A stretch of 58,258 nt of DNA, the filler included, from Sphacelaria rigidula (taxonomy: Eukaryota): assembly GCA_964200075.2 (NCBI GenBank). It is 9 parts of 9 records of this genome, joined end to end, with 100 filler letters (N's around TTAATTAATTAA, not from the genome) between each part and the next. Parts side by side here need not be neighbours in the genome. Positions count along the whole stretch, not along the records: positions 51,875 to 58,258 come from CAXNAA020020414.1; 8 more parts are not named here. One strand, given 5' to 3'. The position numbers and the translations under genes are program-made. This document shows positions 52,182 through 58,258 of this stretch, piece by piece. The notes beneath the pieces are model-generated. The model saw only the letters and a program-made list of their open reading frames with translations, was not told the DNA's origin and searched no databases. The first letter of the stretch is position 1. Every line of letters starts with the position of its first letter.

Positions 52182-53582
52182 CGGTAGGGGTGCACAAACA
52201 TTTTCTGAGGTTAAAATTTTCAGGAGCCCTTTGTCTCATCGAGAACACAGCTCATGAAATGTGTAAGAGTACGCCAGGATTACTATTCCAATGTGCTGGG
52301 GATATCTCGAAGGAATTTTCAAACGTGATGCCCTGACCCATATTCTTGTGCGTATTGAATCTTTAGGAGCCCCTGAACCAGACACAATTTTGCGCAAAAA
52401 GTGCAAGGGCAGGTCGAGTAGAGCATGCTCAATACTCAGTATTTTCAAAGAGTCATACTTTTAGTACTCAAAATTTGAGTAGAGTATTTGGGGTCGTACT
52501 AAAGGTACTCAAGAATTGAGTAGAGTATCAAGGTCATACCCAAGTGATACTCTATACTCAAGTGCTATTGGTCCATACTCAATATTTGAGTAGAATATTG
52601 GAGATCGTACTCGATCTACTCAAATTTTGAGTAGGGTATTTGAGGCCGTACTCGACCTACTAAAACATTGAGTGGAGTATTTGAGGCCGTACTCGACCTA
52701 CTCAAAATTTTAATAGAGTATTCGAGGTCATACTCAATCTACCCGAAAGTTGGGTAGAGTATATGAGGCTGGACCCGATGTCCCACCGCTGACTTTCCTA
52801 TGGAGGAGTCACTTGTGCGGCCAGTAGAGTCGCTCATTTTGATAATAGCTACCCGACAACCTGTCTACTCGATTACTCAATGATGATGAGTAGCGCTCTC
52901 TGCTGAAATGATATCGAAGGGGTTGGGAGGCATCAAGTATGTAATGCCATGGGTGGGGGCAGGAGAGCTGGGGCAGGTAGGTTCATCTACCTGCACCCTT
53001 TTTTTGTTTTTTGATGGTCATCGTTCGCTTATACTCATTGTAGCCCGTGACGTACAGTCACTCATCTAATTGATGGCCATCGTTCGCCCATGTATTCGAC
53101 ACAGTCTGTAAAGTGCCGTCGCGAAGTCGCCGACGGTCATGGGTTGCTTATCATACCTAAGTGATATACTCTATACTCAAGTTCAAGTATTACTGGGAGT
53201 GCTTACTCAATATTTGAGTAGAGTATTTGGGGCCGTACTCAATCTACTCAAAATTTTGAGTGGAGTATTTGAGGCCGTACTCGACCTACTCAAAATGTGA
53301 GTAGAGTATTGAGTTCATACTCAAATGATACTCTATACTCGAGTATTTCTGAGAGCGCTTACTCAATATTTGAGTGGAGTAGTGGAGGTCGTACTCAATC
53401 TACTCAAGATTTGAGTAGAGTATTTGAGGCCGTTCTCAACGTACTCACAATTTGAGTAGAGCATTTGAGGCCGCACTCGACCAACTCAAAATTTGAGTAG
53501 AGTAAATACTCGGATATTTTACTCGAGTACTCAAAAGTACATACTCTACTCGACCTGCCCTTGAAAAAGTGCACCCCTACCG
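52182..53582. mobile_element. Tc1/mariner-type MITE (about 230 bp without insert) hosting a hAT element
   Basis: TA|CGGTAGGGGTGCAC ... GTGCACCCCTACCG|TA. Confidence 0.85.
52404..53563. mobile_element. Non-autonomous hAT element with palindromic subterminal arrays
   Basis: Perfect 20-bp TIR CAAGGGCAGGTCGAGTAGAG; 8-bp TSD AAAAAGTG at 52396-52403 and 53564-53571; arrays of TACTCAAAATTTGAGTAGAGTATTTGAGGCCG at about 52420-52770 and 53160-53550. Confidence 0.92.
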
Positions 53583-53857
53583 TAGCATCGCTCGATACTG
53601 CGCCCAAAAAAGTGGTGTTTTGATTCCGGTCCCCGGGCCGATATTTGTCGTCTTAGTATGGGATGAAGTATTTTCACTACTGTGTACCGGGGGAGAGACA
53701 CGTTGATCCCTTGAAACCACGGACTCATTCCGAGGAAGGGGAGGGGTTCAAAGTGCGACAAATGAAATAAAATAGTAAAAATAAAGTCAGGATTGGGAAT
53801 ATATATCGACTTACCCTTGTTGAACACACCAGGTAACGAGTAGGATTCTGTATGACC

Positions 53858-54195
53858 GCTGTGTGTGTGTTGTCATCCCATCGATTGTGGACGCCAGTCT
53901 ACACTGTTTGGTATATGTGAGCGCATCAGCTGGGGTCATACAGAAGGAAGGTCAATGCAGAGGTTTTTCATTTATTTCCTTTTGTAATCTACCTTCCTTC
54001 TACGGTGCTCGCGTTACGTTTTTATCGCGAGGAGGGTTCAGTGGACCCTTTCCCTCGTCGATCGTGAGGTCGGACTTTGTGTAACCACGGCATACTCGCT
54101 TTCCACTATTGAGCATAATGTGAGAAAAAAATCCCAGATCGTATGACTTCACCTAGATTTTAACTCACGTCCCAACCGTCGCGAGTTTCGAGGTA
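53858..54195 (-). mobile_element. tRNA-derived SINE, reverse copy with decayed head
   Basis: Reverse complement is collinear with about 19990-20350. Confidence 0.78.
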
Positions 54196-55013
54196 TATCA
54201 CAGCATAGTAATATATCACTTGGCTATAGCGTAGGTCCTTGAAATGTTAACGATATATACTGCAATACAAGAGTACACCTGCGGTGGGTGTTCTTATGAT
54301 CGGTAGTTTCATCGATTGATTGCCGCACACCAACTGCTCTGCTACGAGTCGGGCCACAATATAGGCATACCCTCGGCAGAAAATATACTGAACGAAATGA
54401 CGAAGATGGTGAAACACCCGAGGGTGGAAAAAACAAAAGATACAGTAAACGGAGTGAAAAAAGAAGAAAGGAAAATCAGAGTGACAATGGAAAATAATGA
54501 GGAGCAAAAGGACACAAGAAGAACCCAGGCCGAAGTCTAGCACCAGTCCTAACAAAAACTTAGGCAGGCCTTTGCCGCATGGTTTCAGGTGAGGATACTG
54601 GCTTCGGTGCACCCTATGTGGCAGGTATCCTTGGCATTAGTGCACCCTATCCCCGCCCACTCACCACTTGAGTACATCTTGGGCCAGTTGAATCCTAGAA
54701 GTAGCGACGGTCACTGATTGCCACTTGGATACAGAGTGTATACTCCTCATTCTGTACGACTGCGCATGGACTGTAGAATGTTTGAATATACAATAGTGTA
54801 CTGTGAAGCTGACCACACTTGACTCCGGCGTACTCTCACCAACACTTGAGAGTATTGATGGACCAGTTGAAGAGGAGAACTGAGTGGGCAGTCTGAATAT
54901 TGTACAAAAGTGTCTTGCACCTAGAATTTCTTGAGTTTTGGGCTGCTGACAGGTAATGAGTTGACTCTAGTGCTTCACAACACTAACTACTCGAGTTAAG
55001 CGTGGAATCAATA

Positions 55014-55603
55014 CGAGCTGGGCCAGCTAATGGTGATTATTGAATGCTCCGGATCCGGCGATGCTAAATTTGAGGGTTACGCGCTGCATGTTTGACACGA
55101 CAGTTTTATCACCAACACGCGCAAGATTTGTCGGGATACCACGAAGCAAAACAAACATGAAATTAGAGCGATTTGAAATTTCAGCAAAAACTGGAAAAAT
55201 GTCATGTGTCAGTGAAAAAAACGAGAAACGACGGCATCCCCAGAAATGCTGTACGTACTTGCGTGCAACAGATCCTGGTGAAAATTCGGCCAAAAATTCC
55301 TTAAATTGGGCCCAGCCTGGCACTTATTGTGTCACACTGCTGCGCCCCTGCAATCCAAGTGATACAGAAGATTATAGTCATGGAGGTCACGAGTTCGAAT
55401 CCCGATATATCGGTTTTTTTTTCGCAGAATCTGGTTTCGTGGTTAAGGTACATGTGTTGTTGGTTTTTTTAGCGGCAGAGCGCGCATGACCAGGTTTGTC
55501 TGGAGTTCACAGCGATATGCTTAAATCGAGTTCATTATTTTGGGAAAACTTGAAAAGACAGTGTATGATGTGCGTTTGTACATTTTAAGGTTGGCCCAGC
55601 TCG
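55014..55603. mobile_element. Tc1/mariner-type MITE
   Basis: TA|CGAGCTGGGCCA ... TGGCCCAGCTCG|TA. Confidence 0.8.
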
Positions 55604-56382
55604 TAGTTTCCAGGACCACCTGTAGAATACGCTGTGCGCAGTCTTGATACTATACATGAGCGAATAATGAACGCGCTTTTCATACTTTCAGTACATTGAC
55701 TGCTAAGAGCGGTGTCGAGTGCCTCCGAAAGTTACCACTTGTGTACAGTACAGGAAATATAACTACTAGGATTTAGTGTGGCTGCGAATACCCACTGGAA
55801 CACAATGTAGGCATTCTTAATCCCAAATATTGACAATATAACGTCTGGCTTTTGTACTTGTAAAATTGACAATGTATTACGTGCGTTTAACGTGGGCATT
55901 CAATGTCTCCAACGTCTCGTTGTCATGGACCGCACACGACAGGGTTTTTGATTTTGGGGGTAAAGACCCAACCGCGACTGAGCGTCGAGATATGTTGAAC
56001 CACCAGAGTATGAGTTGGCCTTCTACTATTTCACTCTATAGTGCCAACACTATGAAGCAACTTCAATTGAGCGTTGGCGTTTGATGGCACAAGAACATGT
56101 TGTCGACATTAAATCTCCTATGTAGAGTGTTAACGTCGGATTGCTTGAGCTTTGTGTCGACATTTAATTACTCTCGAGTTTGTGTTCGACATCGCAATTA
56201 TCTGCGTTTTAGTGTTGGTATCAAACAACTTGACTCAGTTGAAGGCTCCTCACCAGCTTATACGCTGCATTACTGTAGAGAATCCTACGAAAAAACTCAT
56301 GCTACTCGTAGCAGGGGAATATCAAACTGTTCCTTACCCCACCGTGTTGTACTGGAACCCTGCGACGTTCTGTGTCAGTCTG

Positions 56383-58025
56383 CACACGCGGCCATTCGGC
56401 TACCCTCGAGGATCCTCAAACGAATTTTCCGAAAATCACCCTTCCTGCCGTCCGTTTCGAATCTCCCCACTAGAGTATCTTGGGCATTCGCATTCCTCTG
56501 GAGGGTTTTCGACAATTGGGTCTCCCTCGAGGGTTTGTGTCAATATCGAAATCCTCTGGATTGTTTCTGAAGGCATTCGTGCTGTTGAAATCCTATATTT
56601 TTCACAGCATATTTGGAATTTGCAAGGAAGAGGCTGTTCGACGTAAATCCTCGTTGCCCAATTTGGAATTTTCCAAATTGGGCAAAGCTAGGATTTATTT
56701 CGGACAGTCTCTGCTGTGTAAATTCCATACACTGGTACCTGGGATTTGAACAGCAAAGGGTGCTCGAAAGTCCTCATTTTGCCCGCCACTTCATCCTGAA
56801 ATTGGGCAAAAGAAGGACTTGCGATCAGCCTCTGCTGTTCAAATCGCATATACCGTACCGTAGTCAGCGTGGAAGATTCGAACGGCAGAGATTGCTTTAA
56901 ATTCCTCATCTTTCCCCCCAATCCACATCAACTGGGCAAAACGAGAATCTTTCAACAGCCTCTGCTGCATACAAATCCCATGCACTGATTGTTAATATAT
57001 GTCCACATGGCGATGCTATGAAGCTTCAGCTGGTGACGCTGAATGCATGGTATATACCCTCCACCTGTATACATTACAATCCTGAAAACCTCCTGGTCCA
57101 GGGTCTACAGAAACACACAAAGCAACAAGTTTGATCAAAAAGGCGAACAGGTCTGGTCGCGGTTTGTGCTTTGATAGAGATATGAATCACTACATGCACG
57201 GTACGGTGCTATACTGGACTGGACCATACCTTGCAGGACAGCACCACATCGTGCAGGAACGTGCGATGCCGTTCTGCAGAGTATGCGGTATGCGTCACCT
57301 ATGGCTACAATTTTCATGCGCGTAAGTTTGGACATATGGGGGTGCTGTATACCGTCAGCTGTGGTGGACGCGTTATTGCTTGCTGACATCTGTCTGTAAA
57401 GTGAGATGTGAAAGCGAAGCGGGCGAAGTGCACTCCAGACAGCGCAGGATTATCTGTACTCTGTACTTTCAATGCGACGTAAAAAAGACTTGAACAACGT
57501 GAATCTTTGTACTGCCTGCACTGTCCATGCGTGTATACGCAGGTCGCGGTCGTCGCCCCGCAGTACCACGCGCAGCTCCGTCGCACCGATCCCCACCATG
57601 ACTAACTCGTGCTCTTTGCTGCAGGGTTGCTGTGGTACCTGGGAATAAGTTGTGTAGGGTTTGCATGGTCCGATCTGTGAACGGCGGGTGATATCTGGCA
57701 TGGTCTACTGCAAGATTGCTAGAGCCCCAAAAGTGCCCTGGAGACAGTTAGGGCACATTATCCTGCAAAGGCTTGATGAAGTGCGAATTCCAGAGGTAAA
57801 TTTACACACTGGAGATGATGATTTTTCCAAATTTCCCCTGAGGCACCCTCAGTAAAATCATGTGCTCAAGGGGATCATATGCCCTCCAGCGGCTTCGTTA
57901 CTATCCACTCCAGAGGCACTCTGACGCACCAGAGGGTATTTCATTCTCTGGAGGGTCAATTTGCCTTCTAGAGGAAAAGCAACACGATAGCGGGATTTCA
58001 AGGAGAAGCCGATTGGCTGCGTGTG
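56383..58025. mobile_element. Non-autonomous CMC/CACTA-like element with subterminal repeats
   Basis: CACACGCGGCCATTCGGCT ... AGCCGATTGGCTGCGTGTG; CCTCTGGAGGG-type repeats at both ends; roughly 125-bp internal tandem units at 56570-56970; TSD not evident. Confidence 0.65.
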
Positions 58026-58258
58026 GAGCTGTCAACTCACGTGTACGTGAATTTCTCTTTGGCTGGCAAGTCTCCTGGTATCTCGTGGTGTTGTTCACCG
58101 TTCATGCTCTGCTTTGTTACCTAGGCTTGTTCCTTGCTTTTTTCTCTTTACTTTTCTCCATACATCATTGTTATATTTCCCCCCCCATAGCTTATGCCGC
58201 TATTTTATTCGGTTCTTCTTTCTTTTCGGCCAATATTTCTCCTACCATCACCCTCTTG

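Noticed and set aside
52420..53550. CRISPR-like palindromic repeat array
   Set aside because: Units are head-to-tail and degenerate with no unique spacers and no cas genes; they are enclosed by hAT TIRs and an 8-bp TSD.

Overview
This window is not one locus. It is nine unrelated eukaryotic scaffolds of almost identical length (6385, 6385, then seven of 6384 bp), joined by an artificial 100-bp spacer (N44-TTAATTAATTAA-N44), which looks like a length-sorted concatenation. Nothing can be inferred from adjacency across spacers. The DNA is about 50% GC, has GT-AG introns and is rich in repeats. Its style suggests a brown alga or other stramenopile, which is an inference. Recognisable host gene pieces are the last two exons of a CCDC97/DUF2052 gene, exons of a PP2C phosphatase, one ABCC/MRP transporter exon, and a small membrane-protein gene fragment. 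Mobile DNA includes a decayed, internally deleted Ty3/Gypsy element, a tRNA-derived SINE family, LINE 3' ends, and many MITE or fold-back elements (hAT nested in Tc1/mariner, piggyBac-like, CMC-like, 4-bp-TSD families). The least explained items are: an 11-exon, phase-consistent orphan gene with very short introns (607-4035, minus strand) that the ORF track does not show; a roughly 4.5-kb decayed, apparently intronless coding tract (40150-44640); and a repeat-containing ORF behind a long T-rich leader (24416-25838). I found no CRISPR array, no intact RNA gene, and no convincing multi-gene novel system.
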